Shown piece by piece: positions 16,413 to 32,190 of a stretch of DNA of 64,000 bases. Every line of letters starts with the position of its first letter. Positions within the stretch are counted from its first letter, which is position 1. A program made the translations under genes and the position numbers. The notes under the pieces were generated by a model, which worked only from the letters and a program-made list of their open reading frames with translations, had not been told where the DNA came from and made no database searches. Source of the stretch: the human T2T-CHM13v2.0 reference genome, Homo sapiens. Location: assembly GCF_009914755.1 (NCBI RefSeq), contig NC_060932.1. The stretch is one strand, 5' to 3'.

Positions 16413-16714
16413 GTGAGGACTGGGATCGGTTTGCTATGAAGTTTAGCAGACAAGAATTTCTATAATGCATCACTGTTACTGAGAAACCGAATAAAGGGTT
16501 TTCAAAATAAATACTCAGTGTTATTGTTTGTATAATCCAGTTACCTCACATCTTTATTTCTGCACATGTCTTCTTGCTTACCCTTGCATATCTTTGCAAA
16601 AAGTACAAAATAGTTTTGTTGAATGAATACCCTAAAACATCCTGGTTTCGTTTATGATTACGATTCCAAAAAGTTTATGGTAAAAGTTATTTTGTTGTAG
16701 AAATGTTATTTTAG

Positions 16715-16873
<159 letters not shown>

Positions 16874-17197
16874 TGATATGTAAAATTTTGCTTGTGTCGT
16901 GAGAACATTGTAGTAAGCTGTACATATATAGTTGAATTTTTCTTTAGGTAAAGAATTTGCAATCTGGCATTTTGGCCAAATTAAGGACTAAAATTTGGCA
17001 TTTGACTAATTTGAAATTTAAGAATAATATTGTTTGTGCCCCAAACCGGCTCTTTGTTCTGTTGGTTTTTGTGAAGATTTTTGGGGTACTTGAGGTTTTA
17101 AAAGAAGGAACAATTCAAATCTGTAGCTTGGCTTTCATCAGAAATAAATGTTAAGGATTTTTCTTCTCCCAGCACTGATGAAGTTATTGTTATTTAG

Positions 17198-17296
<99 letters not shown>

Positions 17297-17857
17297 TAAG
17301 TAACAGAGCTATTTCTTTCTGTGGCCCAGACTCGGGATCAAAAGTGTGTCTTAAGGTTGGGGAGGTAAAATGTGGTAATAACAGCATTTGGACCTAACAA
17401 TGAGGTAACCCTGTATTTAAAGTCCAGCCCTGCTTCTTGGTAGTTATCTGGCACTGGGCAAATTACTTAGGTTCTGAAGCTCATAAGATGTGACAGCTGA
17501 TACTTGTCTCATGGAGTTGTTTTGCATATTAAATGAGATCATACTTATAAATTACCTAATACACAATCAACTCTCTGTAAATGATTTTTTCCTCCTACCT
17601 CAAAAATCTGGCTTTCATTTGTTTCCTCTCTCTCTCCTTCCTACCTGCCTGCCCCACCCCAGTGTTGAGAAACCATACAACTGAGAAATTTGGGACATTT
17701 ATAAATAACTGTTAATACCTTACTTAAGAATTTGTAAAATAACAACTGCTTTACTCTCCTCAATTCATTTAAAACTTTAAAAGGGGAATTGTACTGTTAT
17801 TTCCAGAATCATTTCTTTTTGTGTTTTCTTTTTGGTCTTTTGGTTTGAGTGGCCTAA

Positions 17858-18028
<171 letters not shown>

Positions 18029-18419
18029 TAAACAAAATTGGTTAATTTTCAGGGTTAACTTGTCACTTTGCAAGTTTTCATTCTTTATGGTTTTTTAATT
18101 CCACTGTTCATATATTAATAGAATGCCTTAATAAATCAGAAAGGAAACTACTTCGTTTTTGTCAACTTGGTAGAAGTGATTAGAGGTTAAGATTTAAATG
18201 GTTAGCCTGTTTATCATACTGTCACTATCTCCATGGATTAAGAAATGATTGTAAAAGGGAGTAAATAATTCAAGCTGTTTATTCAGTTACTCTCTCGGGA
18301 AGTTCTGTTTCTGTCCAGACTATTAATTTTTAAACCTTTTTGTAATTCCATTTTTAATGATGTTAATATTTTATAAAGACCCTACTCTCACAGTACTCTC
18401 TTCAGCACTTTTTTCTTCA

Positions 18420-18752
<333 letters not shown>

Positions 18753-19913
18753 AAAGATTATAACAGTTACCCCTAGAAGTTTTGGGGTATTTGTTCAGTA
18801 ATACAAATTACTGAAATTTTGAGTAAGTTACTTTTTTAAGCACATAAAAAGATTCTGAAGAGACAGGCTTCTTAAAATTCCTTCAGTGCCCTCACCATAT
18901 CTTACTCTGCTATATTGCTGTTTCAGACTAACTCTAGTCAAGGACTAGTTTTTCTCCCCCATCCATCACAGACCAATACTTTTGTAAAATGCAATAAAAT
19001 TGAGTTATTAGAAAAGTGAAATTTTAACTATATATATAATTTACAAATGCAGATTTTAGAATTGTTAGATTCAACAGGCATAAAATTATTCTGCCAAATT
19101 GCCCTGAAAGTTTCTAAATGCTTATCTTGCTTTCTGTGTGATCATTGCATGTTGATAACAGTTGGTCTGCAGACCGTGCTGTGAGGAGCACCGCTGTAGC
19201 ACGCTCCTTTGAAGATGTCAGAGTAGCACTTAGAAGTTGGATTTCATAATGCTTTAGGGTTCTAGTTGATTGTAGGTGAACATGCACACCTATAGTCTGG
19301 TATCCATGTCTCTAAGGGAAAGATCGTTTATCACCATTCTTATTTTGTGCAGTGCAATGGACTCCTGACTTTGTGACCTTCAGAAATTGTTTAATTTTTC
19401 TGACCCTTGATTCCAACTGTTAATTGGAGGTAGCACCTTCCTCATAGGGTTGCTGTGAGGATTAAGTTAAATAATGTTGTAAAGCGCAGCAGATGATTCC
19501 TCGTGTACATTTCCTTCCCTTTTGACCTTTTTGGGATTAGGTTAGATAAATATGGCTAGTTCCACCACGTGGAATAAATCTTGTGAACCAAGAATCTTTT
19601 CTGTTTTAAAATTAACTTCCTTTGATTTATAAAATTGCAAACAGATTTTCTTCTAGCAAACTATTTGAAAACTTACATTATGGCAATACGATTTTAGCAA
19701 AAACCTTCTGGTGCCCCATTGTCAACATTTTTGTTACAGAATACTTTGAATTTATGTTGCCGGGAGATTTTTCTAAATCATTCTTAAGGACAGTATTTAA
19801 AATGAACATGATGGGATTTTCAACTTTGTACTTTGGCATGTTGAAACAAACATGTTGTAAGCAAGCTTGTTGTAATATCGTGCATGATACTCTTCTGCTT
19901 GACCTGCTGTCAG

Positions 19914-20064
19914 GTTTCAGCAGCCAGGGAAGAGGTACCTGGTCGACGAGGTTTTCCAGGTTACATGTATACAGATTTAGCCACGATATATGAACGCGCT
20001 GGGCGAGTGGAAGGGAGAAACGGCTCGATTACTCAAATCCCTATTCTAACCATGCCTAATGATG
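19914..20064 (+). CDS. ATP6V1B2: ATP6V1B2 exon 10
   Basis: [50 protein letters not shown]; 151 nt. Confidence 0.98.
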
Positions 20065-21194
20065 GTAAGTTTTGGTATTTGGATTATAACACACCTAATC
20101 ATTTTAAAGAGAGAGAAGACCCATCTACCTTTTCGAGTTGAAGTTATTTTGAGAACACATCCCCTAAGAGTTTATCTTGGTTATTTGCCTAAATAAAACA
20201 TTTTTCATTTGAAAATTACCCACAGTTATTATCCTATTGTGGAGGAAAAGCAATTTTCTTCATAATTTAAGTTTTTAACTTTATTAGGTACTATTGAGTG
20301 CCTGCTGTTTGCAGGACACTGTTCTAAATGTAAAGAATTTTTGAAAAGAATTTATGGTCTCTACTTAATGTAAGTTACTCAGTCTAATTGGGGATGTTTT
20401 TTATGTGTGTGCACCGGTAATTTAACATGGCCATGTTCAGTGCCACATGAGGAGTACAAGTGGGAAACTCCACAAAACTGAGAGACAGATTTTTTTAACC
20501 AAGGGCTGGTTAAAAATGACTTTCCAATGCCTGTCTGTGTGTGTGCCCAGGATGGGGTACGACTATTCAGAATTCCTCTCCTGTGTTGCCTCTTTGTCCT
20601 TATTTCAGTTTTTGAACAACACTTTGACAAAATATGGTAAGTTATTACTTACTGTAATTGAGCACTGTTCTGAGTGCTTTATAAATATTCACTCATTTGC
20701 TCCTCATAGCAACTTTGAGGCAGATGCTGTTTGAGGCACAGGGAGGTCAAATGATTTGTTGAGATTAGCAAGTGATAGATTTAGGACCCAGTTTGAGTTC
20801 ATAACTCACACTGTTACTCTGTACTGCCTCTGACGTGAAAATGATTTGTTCCAAGGGAGTAGCTACAAAATGATGTAATTTAACAGATTTGGAAATGTGT
20901 TGCTTTGTGTGACCTTTTTGGTGCAGCCTGTGTAGTGTTGTTTACTTGTCTATATGCCTGCGTTTTGCATGGTGAAATGTTGTGTATCCATCCGACATAG
21001 CTTATGAACTAAGAATGTTCTTAGTATACATCAGGTTGGCAAATTTCTATAAGGGAACTTTGGGTTTAAAATGAAACTTTACTTATATTGAGAGGGGAGA
21101 GCGCTTACCTAGGGGAGAGAGTATTTTTAATGAATGCAGCCAGTTTACCTCATAGAGCCAACACATGTCTAACTGCTGCAACCAAACTAAACTG

Positions 21195-21370
21195 GCCAGT
21201 ATGGTTGCCGCTAGCCACATTTGGCTGTTTAAGTTCAAGTTAACTGAAATAATTGAAATTAAGTTTTTCAGTTTTGTTAGCCACGTTTCAAGTGTTAGAT
21301 AGCCACATTTGGCTAATGGCTACCGTACTGCACAGCACAGACACAGAACATTGGCAGCATCACAGAAAAT
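21195..21370. mobile_element. MER3-like DNA transposon relic
   Basis: Repeated tagccacatttggct motif, ...gctaccgtactgcacagcacagacacagaacatt. Confidence 0.65.
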
Positions 21371-21508
21371 GACTCTAAGAACACTCTTCTAAGTAATGTT
21401 ACAGGTAGTACAGAGGGACTTTTTGTGGGTTTGGTTCTGAGAGATGGCCGCTTTAAAACTCATAACCTAAAGATGCCATGCTTAATGCCAACTGTCTTCC
21501 TCTGGTAG

Positions 21509-21591
21509 ATATCACTCACCCCATCCCAGACTTGACTGGCTACATTACAGAGGGGCAGATCTATGTGGACAGACAGCTGCACAACAGACAG
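21509..21591 (+). CDS. ATP6V1B2: ATP6V1B2 exon 11
   Basis: [28 protein letters not shown]; 83 nt. Confidence 0.97.
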
Positions 21592-22315
21592 GTACTGGAC
21601 GGGAGCAGTGCTGGGAAGCTTGCAGACCTGCTCATCCGTTATTCTTTAGTGACTTGGATTTTGCTCTTAGGAATTGCTTTGCTTAGAAAGTATCAACTTG
21701 AATTGTTTTTAATATGGTTATAAAATTGTCATTTCTATTATCTTAAATTCTGGTGTCGGCAGAGCGCCAGAATTAAGAATCTTCTTAACACTTTCCTTTA
21801 TTGTGTCTTAAAACAGAGTCACTTGTCTCCAAGAACTTTTTTGGGAATTCTGTTCCATAATGGTATCATCTACCAATCTTGTTATTGATAGAAAAAAATG
21901 ACTTTTCCATGCCTCTCTAGTAGATGCTGACTTCTAAAATCAGCTTTTAGGAATTATTGTTAATTTTTTTTATTTTGTGTATAATTTTTTGAGTCAGTTC
22001 AGAAGACCATTTTGACTCGATAATGTGGTAGTACTTATCAAACAGATGTTGAAAGTTGAGTTTTTTAAAATAGTCTTGTACAGTGTTATAGATGACACTT
22101 TTTTGGATTTGATTCTCGAAAGAAATGCTATGCTATAAAGTGTTTCTTACTACCTTTTCTTGCCAGGAAGAGACAGTAGGATTCATCTAGGAGACAAATG
22201 CAGCGGTTGTCTTTGATTTAAGTTGTAATAATGAGTTTCAAATGTTTTTTTATTACCAGTAAAACTTGAGTTTTGTACTTAAATATAGTATTTTTTCCCT
22301 CTCATTCTACCCAAG

Positions 22316-22420
22316 ATTTATCCACCTATCAATGTGCTGCCCTCACTATCACGGTTAATGAAGTCTGCTATTGGAGAAGGGATGACCAGGAAGGATCATG
22401 CCGATGTATCTAACCAGCTA
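22316..22420 (+). CDS. ATP6V1B2: ATP6V1B2 exon 12
   Basis: [35 protein letters not shown]; AAG acceptor, donor gtatgt; 105 nt. Confidence 0.97.
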
Positions 22421-23248
22421 GTATGTACATTCTTCTAAGAATGGTGTTTGAAAATATGGATACGTTTCTGCTGTCTTACACCTCTTGTCTTTCACCCTTA
22501 CCACTTCTCTCTTCCCCATCCACATGGAATTTTAGTGTAGGCTTGATGTGGAATACATAATCATTCATTAGAACCAAAGCAGCCTTTTCCCATAAGGACA
22601 GATGCAAATGATCAAGATTAGCTTGAAACCCATGTCTAATGCTATCAAGTTTCCAAATAAAAAGCCAAGCAATGAGGTTGTTTAAATTTTTTATTAGCAA
22701 TTTTAATGTTAATTATAGAGTATTCCTGAAAGGCTACTCTGACCTATTTCTTGCTTAACATATTAAGCCGTCACCAGAACACTAAAGTATACAGTTTTAT
22801 GTAGGCTCTGAAATCCTTGATTTTTATACTCATATAAGATTGTACACTAACACAAATAAAGAAAAACACTATGGCCATAAAGTAGAAATGGTAAACTTAG
22901 CGATATCACAGATTTTTTTTGAATAGAACTTCAAGATGGATTTCTCCATGGTTTAACTATGAGTTCTGATTTTCAAGTGCTCTATAAATTTTGAGCTCAT
23001 TAACATATTGAAGAAGTGTGCGTTTTGTAGAACATTAGGAGTGTCTTGTGTATTGTATGCCTGAAGACTCCTTTCTGAGTGAGAATATAGTCCTTCTGGT
23101 ACTTTCATATGAATTTTATGTGAATTGTTTTTGTAAATTCCTTCTATGGGCTCTTGTGAGGAGAACTAGAGCAGTACATTCCTATATCCCAGATGACTGA
23201 ACATTTTGAGAGCTTCTCTCTGCTGATGGGTGCCTTTCTTCTCTTTAG

Positions 23249-23404
<156 letters not shown>

Positions 23405-24204
23405 TAAAAAGCCTCATATGTAATTTTGAAAACTGCTTTCCAAGCCTAAGAAAATTCTCATTGGTTTCTATATAGTTATTTCTCTGGTTAGAGAAGAGGC
23501 TCTGTCACCTGCCTGCCTTAACCCTCTGGCTTCTCCTCTGCCTTCTAAACATCTTGGGAGATCTTGACTTGATTTTCCAGTTACTCAGCTACCATCTCAC
23601 TGTTTTCCTTCTTCCATCGCCCTTCTGAATCCTCCTTCCCAGCCCCTCTGCGGTACAACTTCATTGCCAGTTCTCCTTGCTGCTAACTTCTTAGCAATGA
23701 TCTGCTTTGACATTTGGGGCTTGGGACTTTCCTGATTCATCTATATTCATCTCTTTTTCTCATTTCTTACCTTCCTGCCTCTTAATTGTTAGTAATCCAA
23801 AAAGCTCAGTTACCTGTTCTTTCTGCTTTCCCTCCCAGCGTCCACTTTTCACTGTGCTGTGGGCTCTATGATGTGTGGACCTTTACCCACTGTCCAGACC
23901 TCTGATTCCACAATCTCCAGCTGCCTTAGGAACACCGTTGTTGTTTATGCCACCATCCCCTCAGGCTCAGTGTACTCAGAACCAAAGTTTTTTTTCCAGC
24001 TGACCTGCCTAGCAGTGCCCTTTCAATTTTTATCTACCTCTGCTATAATCATTGTCCCAGTTAACTCAAGCTCAGTAACTGGGCATTATTCTTAACCTTC
24101 TTTGCTTATTGTCCATTGATCAATTATTTACTAATTTGTGTTGTTTTCTTTTGAAATATCTTACCCTATTCAGTTTTTATTTCCATTATAATGCCTTAGT
24201 CCTG

Positions 24205-24367
24205 TATTTCTTAAACTTTAATATGCTTTTGAATCAGCTGGAGATCTTGTTAAAATGCAGATTCAGATGCAGCAGACCTTGGTGGGGACAGAGATTTTGC
24301 ATTTCTGTGAATTCCTGGGTGATGTTGAAGCTGCTGGTCTCTGACCACTCTTGAGTCCAAAGGCTCT
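24205..24367. mobile_element. MER5A-like MITE within an L2 remnant
   Basis: cttgttaaaatgcagattc...ttgcatttct...ggtgatgttgaagctgctggtc...ccactcttgag. Confidence 0.7.
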
Positions 24368-25357
24368 AGTCCAAACCTTTGTCCCATCACCCTTGGCCAT
24401 TGGTGCCAACTTTTTCACCACTCTTCTTGACTCTTTGTGTGCCATTGCCAGGGTAAATATATTACTAATTTTATTGGTTGTCCCTCTACTAAAAAAACCT
24501 GTAGTGGTTTTTATGACATAGCATAGGCAGGATTTTCAAGCTGTTTTGCTTGGTCTCTCCCATCACCCCTGCTAATGCTAGTGATACTCTCTTAACATCG
24601 GTGGTTACAACAGGTGTGTTTACTTTGGAATAAATGCATCAGGCTGTACACTTAGGATGTGCACCTTTCCAGTTATATGATACATTATTAATATTCAAAT
24701 CCCCAAAATATTCATGATTATTGGAATTTTTTTAATGCAGAACCTGAATATCTTAAACAAAATAAAGTTTTCCTCTAGAGAAAAGAACCCAGACCTCCAG
24801 CCTTGGACTCAAAGAATAAGATTTATTTGTGGGGATAAGGATGATTCTGCCATCAAAAATAATTTTAACAACTTGGGAAACCACTGACCTTCAGATAGTG
24901 ATACTCTGGAGAGGGTTGCATGTATTCAGGTGCTTGACTGGCATTTATGTCCTTCTGAGCATCTGTGTTAGTCGCCTTCAAATTCAGCCTTTTCTCTTTG
25001 TGTGAACCTTCTGTGCTAGGGAGACTTTTCTTACTAATCTCTGGACAAAACATTGATTCTAGTTTCCATTGCTCAAGTATCCTACCCAGTTGTCAAATCT
25101 CAGATCTGTCTCACCATCCTCTCCCGCAAGACTGCTCCCTGTCTCAGCCCAGCCGCCTCTTCCCTCTTCTCTGGTTCCTTATGATACTCACTGTCTGTGC
25201 CTTCTTTTCCTCAGTCCTTCTCATTTAGTCTTGGGAGTCCCAACTTTTTTTTTTCAATATCTATTTAATACACTGCTAGTCATATAACAATACATACTGG
25301 ATAACACTGCTAAGTTGGAAGTCATTTGCATTTATTAATTCAATCTCAATTTTTTAA

Positions 25358-25498
<141 letters not shown>

Positions 25499-26795
25499 CT
25501 GCTGCTTCTGCATTGCTCCGCGCTCTTGTGAAATACTGGTTCTGTTTTCTTTATTCCTTTTGCACTCTCGGTTCCCACCTTTGTGTTGGAGTTTACCATG
25601 TTACCCTGTAATTAAAAACAAAGAATAGGTAACATATTGTGCCAGTGTTGCAACGTTTTAAACTGCTAACAGACCTTAAAATATCCCCCTACCTGGGTCC
25701 TCAGTGCTATGTTTAAAGTGCTGCAGGGATGGAGTGGCGTTTTCTTATTGCTGTATGTATTGTACATAGTGGAGTAGTTAGTTACCTGATAACAGTCTTG
25801 TTATTTGGGTCTCTTAGACCTTACCTCTCAACTCCCTCAAGAGTACCAGTCTCTGAAGTTATAATGCTTTGGTCTCTACATTAGGGGCAAGATCCAGTCT
25901 GAGAGAAGTCTCCTTTGAGAAGGGCCAAGAGGCTCTTTCCTGAGTGTTTGCTTTCGGTTTGTTGGTATGCCTGTATTGCTGGGCTGTGCTGCTGCTCGAA
26001 GCAGATGGTTTTGACTGTCTTTTTGCTCTTTCCTATATAATGAATAGATGAGTGAAAGGAGTTTTCTTTTTCTCTTTAGTACTTACGTATTGGGATTCCT
26101 GTGTCTTACAGCTCTCCCTCTCCAAATAATACACAGAATCCTGCAACTTTTTGCACAGCTGGTATCTGTCTGGTAGCAGTGAGACCCCTTGTCTTGGTGA
26201 TCCTTACTGGGTTTCCAAGCAGAGGAGTCACATGATTACAATTGCCAGTAGAGTTGTTGTTTGGGGTACAAGATGAGAAGAAAGAAAAACCTACAGCCTT
26301 TCTACATTCTGACATGCTAACAGTGGTTTAAGTTTCTAAAGTGTTTACCAGATGCTGAAGGCAAGGGGAGGGAGCAGAAGCACTTATGTTTACGGATATT
26401 TTAAACTCTGTTAGAGAGCAGCCTTTGAAAATCCCCAATTTGGTTCTGCTTTTTGACCTCTCTCTACCTTTTCAGGGTAATCTTTGTGGCACAAACGATA
26501 GCATTTCCAAGCTTTAGAGTTTTCTGAATTCCTGCGCCTTCCTGACGTGAGCCCTGAGCGATCTTCTATGCAGTTCTGCCATGCGTCCTGTTGGTCTCTC
26601 TGTGTTCTTTGTTACTTGGGTGCAATAGCAACTTCCCTACCCCGTGCATTCCATCTTTCATGTTGTGTAAAGTTCTTCACTTTTTTCTCTGAGGGCTGGG
26701 GGTTGGGGGAGTCAGCATGATTATATTTTAATGTAGAAAATGTGACATCTGGATATAAAATGAAAATAAATGTTAAATTAAATGGACCTTAACTA
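25499..26795 (+). other. ATP6V1B2: ATP6V1B2 3'UTR
   Basis: Runs from the TAG to just past the poly(A) signals; exact cleavage site inferred. Confidence 0.8.
26765..26782 (+). terminator. ATP6V1B2: ATP6V1B2 poly(A) signals AATAAA and ATTAAA
   Basis: AATAAA 26765-26770, ATTAAA 26777-26782; a possible proximal ATTAAA lies at 25611. Confidence 0.8.
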
Positions 26796-29700
26796 AAGTG
26801 ACTCTCTATCTTCTAACGAGGAAAGCAACAAGCAAATATGTAATCACACATCTCTTCAATTCACAGCTCTGAGCATCATAACCAGGATTGGGAACCAGCC
26901 CTTGTGTTGCAGGGACATGGCTTCCACACTGCCCTTGTCATTCTTTTTGGTACTGTCCCTTACAGCATGCTGTAGTTTGATCCAGGGCTGAGCATTCCTA
27001 CAGGTGCTCCCCAGCGTTCCTCATTTCAGGCCTAGTCAGGACCTCTAGAGCCCATCTGCTGTGAGCAAAAGAGGGTGCTAAATAGTGAAATACAGCTTGA
27101 AGCAAGCCAAAACCTGTTTCACATAAAATCTCACATGGATGTCCTGTATATATAGAAACCTGGTGAAAGCACAGGGCATGCTGTCATGGAGCCTCCCATT
27201 TCTCCCCACTCCAGTTCAAGGCAGCTTTCAGGAGATGGAGAGGAAAAAGCTTAATCATAAGAAGAACTGGGTAGACCTGAGTTCTCTTTCGGATTCTACC
27301 AGTACTATATGGCCTTGCTTAATCATTCAACAAATTCGAGTCTGCTTGTCTGCTTGTATGCCTTTTAGGGTTGTTGTAAGGACTGGAGATTTTTGTGTGT
27401 AAAACACTAGGACAGTGCCTGGTCCATAGCAGGCCACTGTTACTAGTAAACCTTTTTTAAGATGAATTTGCCTTATTACTGTTACATAATACTTAGGAAT
27501 TGTTGGTTATATAGCACTCTTGTTAGTTTGTAACTTATTTTTTAGTGAAAACATTTTCTGAAGGAGCCTTTTTATACCAGAATAAGACCTAATGAAAAGA
27601 CCTGCTACGAAGCCAAGTGTCCTCAAAGGTCAGGCTAACTAAAATGACTCATTCGGCATTTATTCTTGCAGTTGACTGCCACTTCATTGTGTAAGATTTC
27701 ATGTAAGTGAAAAAATGTTTTCAGACTAATGTCATAAATACCTCGCTAAGATGTTTTATTTTCAGCAAGTGTGAGGGTACAAATCGTCTGAGGTCAACAA
27801 AGCATCCTCTGCTCTTGAAATTTTTTGTTACTATCATAAGGGCAAGTTAGCTTAATTCAGTATTAGGAGCCAACGGAAAATAGTTCCCCAGACTACATTT
27901 AAAATAGCATTTAGAGACTACAACAAGAAATACTTGGCAAGGCAGTTCTTGAGGGAAAATTATCCTTTGTGGGAAAACTTAAGAAGGAAGTGGGTTTTTT
28001 TAAAATGAAACAGTCATGTTCCTTACTCAGCTACCAACTGTAGTTTTATTTCAAGCCATTTTTCCAGTTTGGGGTTGAACACCTGCCTCACACTCAGGCA
28101 AACCTTGTGGTGTCCCCAGCTGCCCCCTCCTCCATATGAAGCCCTGCAGTGGTAACAAGGAGCGGGTGACTGATATTTGGAAACAATGAGAAATCACTTC
28201 CAGTCACTAATGGGTCACAGAGCTTTGTATCCTGAGCTAGTGGCAAAACTCGTCCAGAAAACTTAGTAAGTGTTTTTCAGACACGTGTGAAGGCTAGGAA
28301 TTGTGGGACCCTCCCTGAACAGTCTGCCACATTTCTACTTAAGGGAAAAGCAAAGCATCTGACCATGGCTATCCCTGAGGCTGAGGCACACATGAACAAT
28401 GCCTAGGTCTCCTTTGTAGGAGCCTGAGGGTGCCTAACCTAGAATCAAGCCCGTGGCTGTTTGCTGTGGTTAGCAGCTACAAGTAGTGCACATGTGATAT
28501 GCCACTGTTCTCCACAGAATTTCATCTCTAAACTCCTAGAGCATTTTCTAAATCCAATAAATTACAGCGTTCCAGGTACCAGTGGTCATGTAGCCCTTTA
28601 TCCACAGATGCAACTGGAAAATGACTCGTCCAGGGTCACAAGGGAATGGCAGAACACGAGCTGGAACCTGGGTCTTTAAGCGTGGGCTAGTGCTCTTCCC
28701 ACAGCACAATGTTAACATCCAAAGGCCACTCCACACATCAAAATGGTCTTCACAAATGTCAATCTCGCTAGAAACCAGGATTTTGTATTGTGGCTAAAGT
28801 TCCATATCCTGGTGGACAGAATGGTAGCGTGAATGTAAACCAAAGGCCCTGACTGTCTGGACCTAGGAACTTCAGGGCTCACACTAAAAAGTTAAGCTTA
28901 GGGCTCACACTAAAATGTTAAGCTTTTAGGGGAAGGTAAGATGGGAATGTGTGTACAGACAATAGCCTCCAAATGCATCTAATTTCTTTTCTAAGCAGTC
29001 GTATTCTTCATTTCCACAAGAGGGCAGCAGCCCCTGAATGGTGTGGCAGTGGCTAAACACTGAGTTCTAGAAACAGACACTTCCGGATCAGTGACTGGCA
29101 GTCAACAGTTCACTGAATCAAATAGTGCTTTTTTTGGGGCTGCATGTTAGCCTGGGGACTGTAAGGGAACATGCTCTGATAAAAATAAACTGAAATCGGT
29201 GTAAGGAGCCCTGTACTGTGGAATTGGGAGGTCAGGGTAGAGAGATGGCAAGGATGACCTGGTCCAGCCCTTTCCTGATAACTGAAGGGCTTTCTGAGCA
29301 TCTGAAGCAGTGAGATCCAGCTTCTGGTGAAGGTGGGACGGTGTCAGGAGGCAGTCTACTCACAGATGGGCATCTCTGGTCGTTGGAATAATCTTCCTAA
29401 ACCAAGAAACTTGCCTCCCTCTAACTTCACGGAGGGGTATCCTTGGGCTGTCCCCTACGGCTCTCCCAGGTGTTTACCCTCTACCATTCTGAAGATAGTT
29501 GGCCACTTCTAAGTCTTCAGTCTAAATATTTCTAGTTCGCTTAACCATCCCTCCCTTTATGAGTTAGGGAGTTACTGATCTCTCTGGTAACTGAACAGGT
29601 TTAGAAGTCAGATCTAGCCTCCTCCCATAGTACTTTTGTTATTGGGTCTGTGTTGTCCATAGAAAATCTTCTCCAAAATCTAGAGGCTCAGCTCATGGAA

Positions 29701-30360
29701 ACCAAGGCCTCTCCCAAGCGGGAAGCTGGAGCTGGAAGCGAGCACGGACCATGGGCCTTGAGACCAACTCACAGAGGCTGGGACTCTGATTCAAGCTTAG
29801 GTTGCTGGAAACCTCAATATACTCTGACGTAAGACATTCTATTCTCTGGTTCTACTATACTTTTCCCCAGGATCTACTATTCAGTCGCACTCAAGTGTGG
29901 CCCTAGCACCAAGGAAGCTTCATTAGTGATTTACCTACTAGATGTTCATTGTTCAGATAAAACTTGGAAAGTGCAGGTAAGCATGAAGAAGAGAGTTCCA
30001 TAATCCTATGACTTTGAGGAAATTTAACACTTTATCATATAGAACCTTTCAACAATCATGACTTTACCACCTGTGGCTTTGCCCTTCTGTCTTCTTAAGC
30101 CAAAGCCCACGGCAATTCTGGCTGCTTTCTCCTGAGGACCACATATATATAAGATTATGGGAATCATGTCAAGAAGAGATGTGTTTAAGGTGTAAACTTT
30201 CAGTACATGAGATTACAAAACAGCCGTGTGGTTTAATCTGAGGGCTCCGTTGAAAAACAAAAATAATTTCCAAATAACAAAGTTCTATTGAATTCCTTAG
30301 ATTACATGTGCCATGAGGGGAATTGTGGTCCTTTAGCAGTACTTCTCAAAAGCCCCTTTC

Positions 30361-30657
30361 TTCTTTTTTTTTTTGAGGTGTCTCACTTTGTCGCCCAGGC
30401 TGGAGTACAGTGGTGCGATCTTGACTGACTGCAACCTGCAACCTCTGCCTCCGGACTCAAGCGATTCTCTTGCCTTAGCCTCCTGAGTAGCTGGGATTAC
30501 AGGTGCGTGCTACCACGCCTGGCTAATTTTTGTATTTTTAGTGAGACGAGGTTTCACCATGTTGGCCAGGCTGGTCTCGAACTCCTGACCTCAAGTGATC
30601 CACCTGCCTCGGCCTCCCAAAGTGCTGGGATTACAGGCGCGAGCCACTGCACACAGG
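30361..30657 (-). mobile_element. Alu
   Basis: Antisense Alu; TSD CAAAAGCCCCTT at 30347-30358 and 30658-30669. Confidence 0.95.
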
Positions 30658-31269
30658 CAAAAGCCCCTTGCTTCTCATGGGTCTGCTGTTGTTTCCTTCA
30701 GCCACTTTGGTTTTCAGGGAGGGTTCAGGAAACCATCCTCCACTGTGCTTCTTTCTGGCCTTTGCTACCCCTGTTTCCCATCAGGAGACCCCAGGAACTG
30801 AAGTGGCAAGGGTGAATCCTGTGAGACGATGAGGAATGAGACCAGGCTGAAGTGTGAGATGCAGTAGCCCTCCTCCACCTCCACCAGAAGGCAGGGGTGG
30901 AATAAGAGCTGAAAGGTTTGTGTGCACATTTCTGGGTTATCCAGAGAGGGAGGGAGAGAGAGAAAGAGAGAGATGGGGCCTAGGTGGTTTACTTCTAAGT
31001 GCTTCAACAACCTGTGAAAATACCAGGGAGTTATCCATGCGTTTTGCTAAGGATTCTGAAAGATCGACATGAGTGTGGAAGATATATTTTAAGCCAATAA
31101 GGGCTGGCATGAAGAAATGTAATAACAGATTAAGTCTGCATACCCTGATTACAGAAGAACCCGCCTTAATAGATGATGACCGAAGCACAGAATGTGCGCT
31201 GAACCATTGAAGGTGATGCAGAGAAGAGTTACGTGTGTGTGCGGGCGTGTGTGTGTGAGTGGGTGTGTA

Positions 31270-32190
<921 letters not shown>

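Noticed and set aside
22415-22430. Possible U12-type intron after exon 12
   Set aside because: Donor gtatgtac does not match GTATCCTT; treated as U2-type
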